Shown here: piece after piece, positions 17,841-26,400 of the stretch
Layout of the letters: each line of letters starts with the position of its first letter
Numbering within the stretch: position 1 is the stretch's first letter
Source of the DNA: Alphaproteobacteria bacterium
GTDB lineage: Bacteria; Pseudomonadota; Alphaproteobacteria; Paracaedibacterales; CAIULA01
Direction of reading: 5' to 3'
Length of the DNA: 33,188 nt
Assembly (NCBI GenBank): GCA_019751935.1
Contig: JAIEMR010000095.1
Span: 1 to 33,188, forward strand
The notes under the pieces: model-generated
Databases searched by the model: none
What the model saw: the letters and a program-made list of their open reading frames with translations, nothing else
What the model was told of the DNA's origin: nothing
Position numbers and translations under genes: made by a program

Positions 17841-18157
17841 ATGAAGTGGGAAGTTATTGTTCATCCAGACGTAATAGAAGAGCTTAGTCAGTTACCAGCT
17901 GATATGAAGGCTAAGCTACACGTCTGCTAGAATTAATCAATCAGGTGGGGCCTTTAGCACTTAGAGAGCCTCATGTTAAGAATTTGGGTAATAAACTTTG
18001 GGAGATTCGTCTATCTGGAAGAGATGGAATCTCTCGAGTCATCTATGTTGTGCTTTCACAAAAAAGGGTTGGTCTTTTGCATGCATTTGTTAAAAAAACA
18101 CAAAAGACTCCCAAACAAGCAATAGAATGTGCTCTCAAACGATTAAAGGAGATTTAA
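17841..18157 (+). pseudogene. HigB/Gp49-like (RelE-superfamily) toxin, frameshifted
   Basis: ATG 17841 reads MKWEVIVHPDVIEELSQLPADMKAKL and then hits TAG at 17928..17930. The -1 frame, open from 17915, continues RLLELINQVGPLALREPHVKNLGNKLWEIRL...LHAFVKKTQKTPKQAIECALKRLKEI. The KKTQKTP motif is typical of the Gp49/DUF891 toxin family. The junction (about 17916..17921) needs a single-base correction. Confidence 0.7.
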
Positions 18158-18439
18158 ATGGATAAATGGATAAATTTTGAAACTCTTAAAAGCCAATGGA
18201 TGAAAGACGCTGAATTCAGCAAAGAATACGAAGCATTAGAGTTAGAATATAAAATTGCATTAGAACTTATTAAGGCACGCTCTAAGGCTGGTTTAACCCA
18301 AGAAGAAGTTGCCCAGAGAATGGGAACAACTCAGTCCGTTATCGCCCGCCTTGAATCGGGGGCAGGATTACCTAGTGTTAAAACTTTGAATAAATATGCT
18401 GAGGCTACCGGAAAACACTTAGAGCTCCATATCAATTAA
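18158..18439 (+). CDS. XRE-family HTH antitoxin (HigA-like)
   Basis: The start codon abuts the toxin stop (TAAATG). The HTH is LTQEEVAQRMGTTQSVIARLESG; 93 aa. Confidence 0.8.
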   Translation: MDKWINFETLKSQWMKDAEFSKEYEALELEYKIALELIKARSKAGLTQEEVAQRMGTTQSVIARLESGAGLPSVKTLNKYAEATGKHLELHIN

Positions 18440-18447
18440 GAGAAAAT

Positions 18448-19186
18448 ATGATTTCTGACTTTGACCTTTTTCATCAATTACAGGCCGAGATTAGAAATAG
18501 TACTACTTCAGTGACAGATTAACTTAGAATAGCCAAACAACTTGCTACCAGATTAGATTTAAAAGAAGATCTTAAATGGATGGATTTGGAATTAAATGGT
18601 ATGAGGGGTTGAGTGCTGAAGAAATTCCTGCCTATAGACATTTAACAGGAGACCTAAGGCACAGAAATTAAATGGTTCGTGGAGATTAATTCGGATAAAT
18701 AATCGCGAAGATTATAAAAAAATTTCTGTGGTCCCCAATAACTCTTGCGTAGGAAGGATAGAGGAACTTTTAAAAAGTAAAAATGCCTCCTATAAACATG
18801 ACTATTCGTTAGAGGTTAAGCAGCATATTCTCGCACTTGAGCTTATGAAAACTCCTGCCTTAGATGTTGTTTTAGAGGTATCTCATGGTGAAATTTTTGG
18901 TATTATCGATGCAGTCAAAACTAAAATTCATGATTCTTGTTCAAAAGTAGAGGAGCAGGGACTTGTGAGAGAGAAAACAAATTTAACATCTCAAACACAG
19001 CCAAATGCACTAATAATCAATAATTTTCATGGACCCACCGCTATAGCAGCCATGGGGAATGTCAGCAATCAAGGTAATATTAACCTTTCTCAGACTAACG
19101 AAGCCCCATCCAATGGAAAGATTTTTAGCTTTTTTAAAAACCTTGTGCTCAAATTATGTGGATGGGTAAAAACGTTTTTCAGTTGA
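18448..19186 (+). pseudogene. Degraded gene, N-terminus AbiTii-like (abortive-infection family), with one nonsense codon and at least two frameshifts
   Basis: ATG 18448 reads MISDFDLFHQLQAEIRNSTTSVTD, then TAA at 18520..18522, then LRIAKQLATRLDLKEDLKWMDLELNG. A frame change near 18600 gives YEGLSAEEIPAYRHLTGDL. A second frame change between about 18638 and 18668 joins the ORF listed at 18728..19186. The ELNGY...IPxYR pattern is what I recall from AbiTii-type N-termini. Confidence 0.5.
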
Positions 19187-19365
19187 CCTTTCTTGATATT
19201 ATTTTTATTTTCAACTTATGACACAAAGTTTTTATTCATCGACTCCTTGTTTTCTTTATAAGCGACCGTGGTAATGTCATCACGTTCTAACCCTAAATTA
19301 TTGGGTAGAAACGGCTTTTAATTTTTCACATAATATTTGTAGGCTTATATATCTAGGAGAATCTA

Positions 19366-20670
19366 GTGTCGTCCTTCGTTTCATCATCTTCCAATCAAAC
19401 CAAGAGTTTGAAAGCCGGGTATATATCCTGGGCAGTGGTTTCTTTGTTCTTTTTCTATCAATACATTCTTCGGGTTTTCCCTGGGGTTATGGTGAATGAG
19501 CTTCGAAGTGATTTTTCAATCAACGCAGAACAGTTTGCCTATTTTGGTGCTTTTTATCTTTATGCCTACTCTCTGTTGCAAATTCCAGTGGGACTGCTTG
19601 TTGATAAAATAGGTGTTAAAAAAACGGTTATCCTTTCAATTTTAATATGCTTAGCGGGTACTGGGCTGATTGCATTTACTCATAACCTGTATCTAGCCTA
19701 TTTCAGTCGCATTTTGATGGGCATAGGCTCAGCTTGTGCATTTATGTGTACCTTAAAAATTGTCGCTGATTTCTTGCCTCCTGGAAAACGGGGATTTTTG
19801 AATGGAGCCACTTTAACTCTAGGCGTTGTTGGTGCTTTAGTCGCTGGTAAACCACTCAGTATCGCCATGGATTTTTTTGGATGGCGGCACGCTCTTCTTT
19901 TAACATTAATTGTTGGAGTTGGCGTTCTATTATTAACACTTTTTCTTTTAAAAATTCCTACTGTTTCCTATGAATCTGAAAGCACTCATGAGGAAAAGGA
20001 AAGTATCTTCCAGGTTATGAAAGAAATCCTCTCAACGCCGATGGTGGTTATCTATGCTATTTTGGCAGTGGGCCTTTACACTCCCACATCTGTTTTGGCT
20101 GACTTATGGGGTGTTGCTTATCTAATGGCGAAGTACGGCTTTGCAAGAGGGGATGCCGCTGAGGTGAGCATGACCATGTATATTGGGGTTTGTGTTGGCA
20201 GTCTTTTGCTTCCTTGGTTCAGCGAAAAATATAATATTTTGAACCGTACCATTATCATTTGCACCTATGGGGTCTTTTTCACATTTATCTCTATTCTTAT
20301 TGCCCCTCAATTGCCAATTATGGGCATTACGGCTTTAATTTTATTGCTTGGCACTTTTGGTGGAGCTGAAATGCTTTGTTTTGTCGGTGTTATTATGTAT
20401 GCCCCAAAGGGAAGAACAGGGATAACTCTTGGTATCACCAATACTGTCAATATGATTGGCGGGGCTTTGGCGCAGCAATGCGTTGGCTTAATTTTAGACC
20501 GTTTCTTGTGGAAGGGAGACCTTGATGCTCATGGTAATCATTTTTACAAAAGTGAAGATTATGCATTAGCCTTTTCATTTCTTGCGATCATGATTGCACT
20601 TTGTTGTTTGGTTGCTCGTAATTTAAAGAAGGATACTTCTTACGCCAAAACAGCTGAGTGCATTACTTGA
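19366..20670 (+). CDS. MFS transporter
   Basis: 434 aa with about 12 hydrophobic spans. GTG start with AGGAG 8 nt upstream. It is paralogous to 32301..33188 (DLWGVAYLMAKYGFARGDAA / DVWGVTYLTKAYALSKGDAA). Confidence 0.85.
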   Translation: MSSFVSSSSNQTKSLKAGYISWAVVSLFFFYQYILRVFPGVMVNELRSDFSINAEQFAYFGAFYLYAYSLLQIPVGLLVDKIGVKKTVILSILICLAGTGLIAFTHNLYLAYFSRILMGIGSACAFMCTLKIVADFLPPGKRGFLNGATLTLGVVGALVAGKPLSIAMDFFGWRHALLLTLIVGVGVLLLTLFLLKIPTVSYESESTHEEKESIFQVMKEILSTPMVVIYAILAVGLYTPTSVLADLWGVAYLMAKYGFARGDAAEVSMTMYIGVCVGSLLLPWFSEKYNILNRTIIICTYGVFFTFISILIAPQLPIMGITALILLLGTFGGAEMLCFVGVIMYAPKGRTGITLGITNTVNMIGGALAQQCVGLILDRFLWKGDLDAHGNHFYKSEDYALAFSFLAIMIALCCLVARNLKKDTSYAKTAECIT

Positions 20671-20737
20671 TGTGTACTCTTCGTTTTTGGAGAAACTTGT
20701 TCGTAAAACTTCGAAATCTGTGGGGTGCATGTTGAGC

Positions 20738-20855
20738 AGAACCAACATAAGATGATTATGCATTTTTCGCCACCTCGAGGAACATCGTTCCGTGGCAATC
20801 CAGAAATACACTGGATCACCACGTCGTCTTACGGTTCCTCGTGATGACGAGGATT
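20738..20855 (+). repeat. Nested-palindrome intergenic repeat, copy B
   Basis: AGAACCAACATAAGATGATTATGCATTTTTCGCCACCTCGAGGAACATCGTTCCGTGGCAATCCAGAAATACACTGGATCACCACG...CCTCGTGATGACGAGG is nearly identical to 27203..27318. Hairpins are GGAAC-ATC-GTTCC, ATCCAG-N7-CTGGAT and CCTCGT-GATG-ACGAGG. Confidence 0.8.
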
Positions 20856-21005
20856 ATTATCATTTTATATTGGCCTTGCATATACTCTCTTTAACATCCG
20901 TAGCACTGATTACAGACTAAAAATTCTTTTTCTCTTTACTTTAATAAATTCTTAAGAAACAATATTATTATATTGATCAAATTTTAGTAAAATTGGAGAA
21001 GATTA

Positions 21006-21695
21006 ATGAGTGCTAATCCCCTTACGCGTTATTTGTCAGAGTTTATTGGTACGTGCCTTTTGGTATTAATGGGCTGCGGTTGTGCTGTTTTTGCTGGTGC
21101 TGATGTTGGTTTTGTTGGTGTCGCATTGGCCTTTGGTACAGCTTTACTTTTCTTGGCGTATTGCCTTGGCCCTATTTCTGGTTGTCATCTAAATCCAGCT
21201 GTGACGCTATGTCTGGCGTTTAGTAACAAATTCCCATCTTCAAATGTTGCAGGATACATAGTTGCCCAATGTCTTGGCGCTATTCTGGGTGGTTTTGTTA
21301 TTTATATGATTGCAAGCGGAAAAGCAGGATTTGATATTCATCAAGGTTTTGCTTTGAATGGCTTTGCTGAGCATTCTCCAAAAGGATATAACATGATGTC
21401 TTGCCTAATAACCGAGGCAGTTATGACAGCAGTTCTTTTGTTTGTAATTCTTTCAACAACACACAAAAGCTTTCCAGCGCAATTTACTGGCGTAACGGTT
21501 GGTCTTACTTTAACTGCAATTCACTTGGTTAGCATTCCTGTAACTAATACTTCGGTAAACCTTGCGAGAAGTCTTGGTGTGGCTGTTTTCCATGGTGGCT
21601 GGGCTGTTGAGCAATTGTGGCTTTTCGGAGCTGCGCATCTTATCGCTGTTGTTTTAGCGATTTTGGTTCACAGGTGTACTTGCTGCCAAAATTAA
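21006..21695 (+). CDS. aqpZ: Aquaporin Z-type water channel with a variant second NPA box (NLA)
   Basis: SGCHLNPAVT carries the first NPA at 21192..21200. TNTSVNLARSLG carries N-L-A at 21558..21566. A His in AIHLVSIP fits a water-selective filter; 229 aa. Confidence 0.88.
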   Translation: MSANPLTRYLSEFIGTCLLVLMGCGCAVFAGADVGFVGVALAFGTALLFLAYCLGPISGCHLNPAVTLCLAFSNKFPSSNVAGYIVAQCLGAILGGFVIYMIASGKAGFDIHQGFALNGFAEHSPKGYNMMSCLITEAVMTAVLLFVILSTTHKSFPAQFTGVTVGLTLTAIHLVSIPVTNTSVNLARSLGVAVFHGGWAVEQLWLFGAAHLIAVVLAILVHRCTCCQN

Positions 21696-21706
21696 CTTTT
21701 TAAGGA

Positions 21707-21738
21707 CAATTAGCGCCTGTTTAAAAAGGCGCTAATTG
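21707..21738. terminator. 11-bp stem hairpin at the convergent aqpZ/crotonase gene ends (putative bidirectional terminator)
   Basis: CAATTAGCGCC (21707..21717) pairs with GGCGCTAATTG (21728..21738) around the loop TGTTTAAAAA. It overlaps the last codons of 21710..22459. Confidence 0.55.
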
Positions 21739-22459
21739 CTTCTTTGTAACTGCCTTCTTTACAAGCTTTCCAAAACAGTTCTCTTTCCATTTTCAGTCCT
21801 TCACTCAAGGACATTTCTGTTCCACTGGCTATTGCCTTTTTAATCATTTTTAATATAGATAGCGGATGAGTCGCTATTTTCTCAGCCATCTTCAGAGCTG
21901 TTGGCATGAGATCCGCATGTTCGGTAACTGTATTCACAAGACCCCATTTCAAAGCCTCTTCAGCTGTTATAGGCTCTCCTGTTAAGCAGAGCACCATAGC
22001 TTTGGCTTTTCCAATCAGACGTGCCAAACGCTGTGTTCCGCCGCCGCCTGGCAATAAGGATAGTTTAATTTCCGGTTGACCAAATTGGGCCTCTTTTGAG
22101 GCAATGATCAAATCTGCCATTAGGGCTAATTCAAGGCCTCCCCCCAAAGCGTAGCCATTAACTGCAGCAATGACTGGCTTGGTTATCAAAGACAAACGCT
22201 GCCAATGTTCAATAAAATCGTTTTCTACTTTTCCATCTAGAGACACCGTTTGCAGCTCTTTTAAATCGGCTCCACCAGAAAATACCTTGCCGGTTCCTGT
22301 AATGATGATGCATTTTATGCCCTCATCATTTTCTAGAGTGTCTAAAGATGTATTTAATTCAGCAATAAGCTGTTTTGACAAAACATTCAAACGATCTGGA
22401 TTTGCTAGTGTAACAATAGCAATGTTGGAGTGTATAATTTGAGTTTGAACAAGAGACAT
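21710..22459 (-). CDS. Enoyl-CoA hydratase/isomerase (crotonase) family protein
   Basis: FSGGADLKE and AAVNGYALGGGLELALMADLIIAS oxyanion-hole motifs; 249 aa. Confidence 0.88.
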   Translation of the reverse strand: MSLVQTQIIHSNIAIVTLANPDRLNVLSKQLIAELNTSLDTLENDEGIKCIIITGTGKVFSGGADLKELQTVSLDGKVENDFIEHWQRLSLITKPVIAAVNGYALGGGLELALMADLIIASKEAQFGQPEIKLSLLPGGGGTQRLARLIGKAKAMVLCLTGEPITAEEALKWGLVNTVTEHADLMPTALKMAEKIATHPLSILKMIKKAIASGTEMSLSEGLKMERELFWKACKEGSYKEAISAFLNRR

Positions 22460-22465
22460 TCGTTT

Positions 22466-23059
22466 TTATAAACTCCGTCTTTCCATAAAGGCGGTTGATA
22501 GGGTCCCATCATCTAGGTAATCAAGTTCTCCGCCGATGGGTACACCATGGGCAAGAGATGAGATTTTCACCTGAAAGGGTTGCAATCTTTCAGCTAGATA
22601 ATGAAGGGTTGTTTGGCCATCAACGGTTGCATTGAGCGCAATCACAACTTCTTGAATTTTAAGTTTTTCAACGCGGTTAAGTAAGGGTTCGATTGTCAAT
22701 TGACCGGGCCCTATTCCCTCAAGCGCCGATAAGACGCCCCCTAAAATATGGTACCGTCCTCTAAACACCTGAGACCTTTCTAAGGCCCATAAATCAGCAA
22801 CATCTGCAACCACACATAACTGAGTTTGTTCGCGTTTATAATCTTCACAAATGCTGCAAGGATCACAAGTGTCCAAATTAAAGCATTGATGACATGTTTT
22901 GATTTTTGAATTTGCGTCCTCTAAAGCTTCGATAAGCGGTTTTAAAAGCAATTCTCTTTTTTTCAAAAGATGAAGCGCCACTCTGCGACCTGACCTTGGG
23001 CCCAGTCCCGGCAAGCGGCTTACGAGCTGGATCATTCGTTGAATTTCAGGCCCTTGCAT
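22466..23059 (-). CDS. recR: Recombination protein RecR
   Basis: LPGLGPRSGRRVALHLL helix-hairpin-helix, C4 zinc finger CHQCFNLDTCDPCSIC, and a Toprim region; 197 aa. Confidence 0.93.
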   Translation of the reverse strand: MQGPEIQRMIQLVSRLPGLGPRSGRRVALHLLKKRELLLKPLIEALEDANSKIKTCHQCFNLDTCDPCSICEDYKREQTQLCVVADVADLWALERSQVFRGRYHILGGVLSALEGIGPGQLTIEPLLNRVEKLKIQEVVIALNATVDGQTTLHYLAERLQPFQVKISSLAHGVPIGGELDYLDDGTLSTAFMERRSL

Positions 23060-23296
23060 ACTGAATTTCCTTATTTTTTACGTTATTGTGATCATAACGA
23101 CCTCACTCTCAAAGGTCTATACCCTTCCTGTTTCAAATTCCGGGTTCGTTGTTTTTCGAGATCTTCGGTGCTCATGTATTACACTCGCGAATCACTCTAT
23201 TTCGTGATTCGCCCTCGACCCTCAAACATCTGCCCGGCTTTTTGAAACACTTTGGGTCTATATACTTTCGGTTTGCAAACCGAGAAACGCTATTAT

Positions 23297-23333
23297 CCAT
23301 GAAATTTGCATTCTTAGAGTGCAAATTTCATGG
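23297..23333. promoter_or_regulatory. Perfect 14-bp inverted repeat in the recR-tamB divergent spacer
   Basis: CCATGAAATTTGCA (23297..23310), a 9-nt loop, then TGCAAATTTCATGG (23320..23333). Further hairpins: GCGAATCAC-N8-GTGATTCGC at about 23187..23212 and the palindrome CGGTTTGCAAACCG at 23269..23282. Confidence 0.5.
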
Positions 23334-23446
23334 AACAACGTTTTTCACTAAAGAAGCTTTTAATCACCATTCATTGTCTTTTCAAGCCACAAAATGAATC
23401 CCTTCTGCTATAATGGGCGGGAGTCCATATAAGAGAGATTTAATTT

Positions 23447-26400
23447 TTGAAACTTTTTACTAGAGCCATTCTTGGTCTAATTGTTTGCATTAGCCTGTTG
23501 CTCTTGGTTCTCCAGATCTCCACTGTAAAAAAGGCAATTCTCGAGAAAACGCTTGAGTATGCCTTGAATGAGCCTAAGCACAAGATTGTTGCTGAGGGAG
23601 TGAAGGGCTTTTTCCCTTTTTCACTTAAGGCCATGAAAATCTCTTTTAAAGATCCTGAGGGATCTTGGCTTGAATTGGAAGATTTAAAGGTTTCAGTTAA
23701 ATTTTTGCCCTTTAAGGTTAATTTTTTCAACCTTCAGACTTTAAATTTGCAGAGGCTTCCTACATTTGAGAATGTATTAGATATTTCTTTGCCAGAAATT
23801 ATACCTCTTGTGGTTACGCAAACTGTTGTTCAGTCCTTTAAAGTTGGTCAAATTTTAATAGCCCCTCAGGTTCTTGGGTGCGCTTATGAGGTAAGTTTAC
23901 AGTTGCAACCTAATGCCCAAGGCGGACAAGATCTAGAGCTTTCAAGCTCAACAGATGGAAAAGTATCAACAACCTTTGTTTCGCAAGTGAAAGCTTATAA
24001 AAAAGGGATTTCCGTCCATTTTAAGGGAAACGAAATTCCATCCGGTATATTTTCAGCTTTGCTCAAAGAACAGGCTTCAATTCCTGAAGGGAATATCCAG
24101 GTTGAGGGCGATATTAAAACTGATTCTTTAAAAGTTGATACAGATGGAGATTTAAATTTTCTGTTTACCCATAGTGAATGGGGCAAAATTGAGATTAAAG
24201 CAAATCAAAAGGAAAAGATTGCCAGAGGAAATGCAGGGTTATCTCTTTTGCATCAAAAGCCATATACGCTAGAAGCAACACTTGATAATAAAAATGAGGA
24301 TGGTTTTCTAATCACCTTTTTTAAACTTTTTCAAGAAGGGGCCTTTCACGTTGAAGGGGATGCATTAATTTCCCCCAAAGTTCTTTCTGTGCCAGATCAA
24401 TTGGATGTCAAAACAAACCTATCGATTTTTTCTAATCAAGGTACAAACGATAAGCCTTTGGTCAGTTTTTCAAGTAGCGCTGAAATTAATTTCAAACAAA
24501 AAGTTTTAGAGTGCAAAGGAAAAACCACAGAGCCTCATGGAATTTCATGGCTAGAAGATACGCTCGGTAAGCAACTTGAATGGACAGTCAAAGCAAATTT
24601 TGAAAAAGCTGATGTTATTCATTTAGAAAAAGTAACTCTTACCACTGACAAACACCATCATCTTGATGGAGAAGCTCAAATTTCCAAGGCCGAATTGAAA
24701 GGGAAATTCACAACATCTTTGTCAGCTATACCTGTTCTTGACGGAAAGAAAGATCCTGTTTTGCTTGAAACAATACTTTCAGGATCGCCGCAAAAGCCAA
24801 CTCTTTTAACGAAAGTGGCATCTTCGTCTCCTGTTCCTTTGTATATTAAAGAAGTGCGTATTGAAGGCAATCTAGAGGCTCATGATTTATGGCACTTAAA
24901 TCTAGATGTGAAGGGCGGGGAAAATAAAATTGGAGCAAAAGTTCGTTACTATACAAACTCTAAGACCGCCGATATCAATGTTATTGCCGATCTTAAAGAC
25001 CTGTATCCTTGGCAAGATGTGGGAACACCTCTCCATCTTGAGGCAAATTTAGATCATACTCTTTCCGGAAAAGTAACAGGTTCAGTAAAAGATTTAAAAC
25101 TGGCTGGTCTTTATTTCTCAAAGGCTGATCTTTCAGTTGCTTTAACCTCAGGTAAGGGGGAATATCAACTACAGGCCACTGGCCGAAAGCGGCTAAAACA
25201 TAATAAGCCTCCCCATAAAATTCTGTTTTCACAAGGGCATGTTGACCTTATGAATGCAATTGTAGTCATAAAAGAATTTAGTTTTACTCCTGAAAACCAT
25301 AAAATAATCCTTAAAAATCCTTGCACGGTTGATTTTAGAACCGGTAAATTAGAGTCATTTTTATTAGCATTAGATGATGGAAAGGTGACAATAGAAAAAC
25401 TTCAATGGCAAACCTCTTCGTCTCCTTCATTGCCGTGGAAAGGGCATGTTTCTTTAGAGAATATCCCCTTTGCTTTAGTGCAAATGCTTGATCCTGAGTC
25501 TTCGCTGCATGGAGGGTTATCTGGTCACATTGACATTAGCGGAGAGCAATCATTTCCGACTTTAATTGGTCAAATACATGCTTCATCACTTTCTTCTTCA
25601 TCTTTTGCCGAACAACAAATCAAGGGTTTTGAAGCCTTGAATGCTGAGGTTGATTTTGATTGGAGAATGGATGCCCTAAAATGGAAATTAGAATGCCATG
25701 GCGGCGCAACGTTAACTCTTTTTGCGAATGGTAAAATCAATACTCAAAAAGGCTATATTCAGCCAACTAGTGAGATGCAAATTGAAACAAAAGGCTCTCT
25801 ATATTTAGGGGTCTTTTCAGCTTTCTTAGCTAATGGTGATCGAATTAATGGCGTTTTAACAACAGACCTAGGCGTTCATGGAACAGTTGAAAGCCCTAGC
25901 TTAAAGGGATCTTTAAATATAAATAGCGGCCTTTATGAATTGTCTGATTATGGAACATTAATTCACGATATCAATTTAAGCATGGAGGCAAAAGGATCGG
26001 AGCTTGTCATAACATCTCTGACCGCTCACGATGGAAATTATGACTCTTCTGAAAAAGGTATTTTAACTGGAAAAGGCTCTATTCATTTAAAATCATGGGC
26101 AATTCCTTATGTAGATATTGGATTAGATTTAAAGAATTTTAATATTGCTCAAAGTGATAGTTTTGTTGGAAAAGCTTCTGGATCTTTATTTCTAAAAGGA
26201 GAGGGAGAAAAAGCTAAAATTACAGGAGATGTTACACTTATCTCTGCAAGTTTGTTTTTGGAGGAAGCTGCAAGCGCAGAAATTCCAACCATCCATATAA
26301 CAAACTTAAGCCCACAGGTGGTTTCTAAGGAAACGGAAAAACAAACGGAAAAACCTGTGGAGATTTTGCCCATAGAGCTTAAATTAACAACTCCGAGCAA

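Noticed and set aside
17945-18157. 17945..18157 as an intact 70-aa CDS with a GTG start.
   Set aside because: It is the C-terminal two-thirds of the HigB/Gp49-like toxin. The N-terminal third is encoded from ATG 17841 in another frame, so the locus is called a frameshifted pseudogene.
18728-19186. 18728..19186 as an independent 152-aa gene with a GTG start.
   Set aside because: The frame is open upstream to 18638 and continues the sense of the two preceding disrupted frames. There is no RBS at 18728. It is interpreted as the 3' part of a pseudogene.
23060-23446. Possible SRP (4.5S) RNA, two-piece tmRNA or RNase P RNA in the recR upstream spacer. SRP RNA often lies near dnaX-ybaB-recR.
   Set aside because: The minus strand has CCGGAA...GGAAGG, but 9 extra nucleotides interrupt it relative to the GGUCCGGAAGGAAGCAGC core. 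There is no T-loop GGTTCGA plus CCA end, no alanine-resume tag ending in AA, and no RNase P GAGGAAAGTCC box. It is kept only as an unassigned structured spacer.
23039-23730. ORFs 23039..23245 (+), 23149..23397 (+) and 23440..23730 (-) in or around the recR-tamB spacer.
   Set aside because: The first two run through strong hairpins and have no start context. The third is antisense to the tamB 5' end. No family resemblance, and none to YbaB or TamA.
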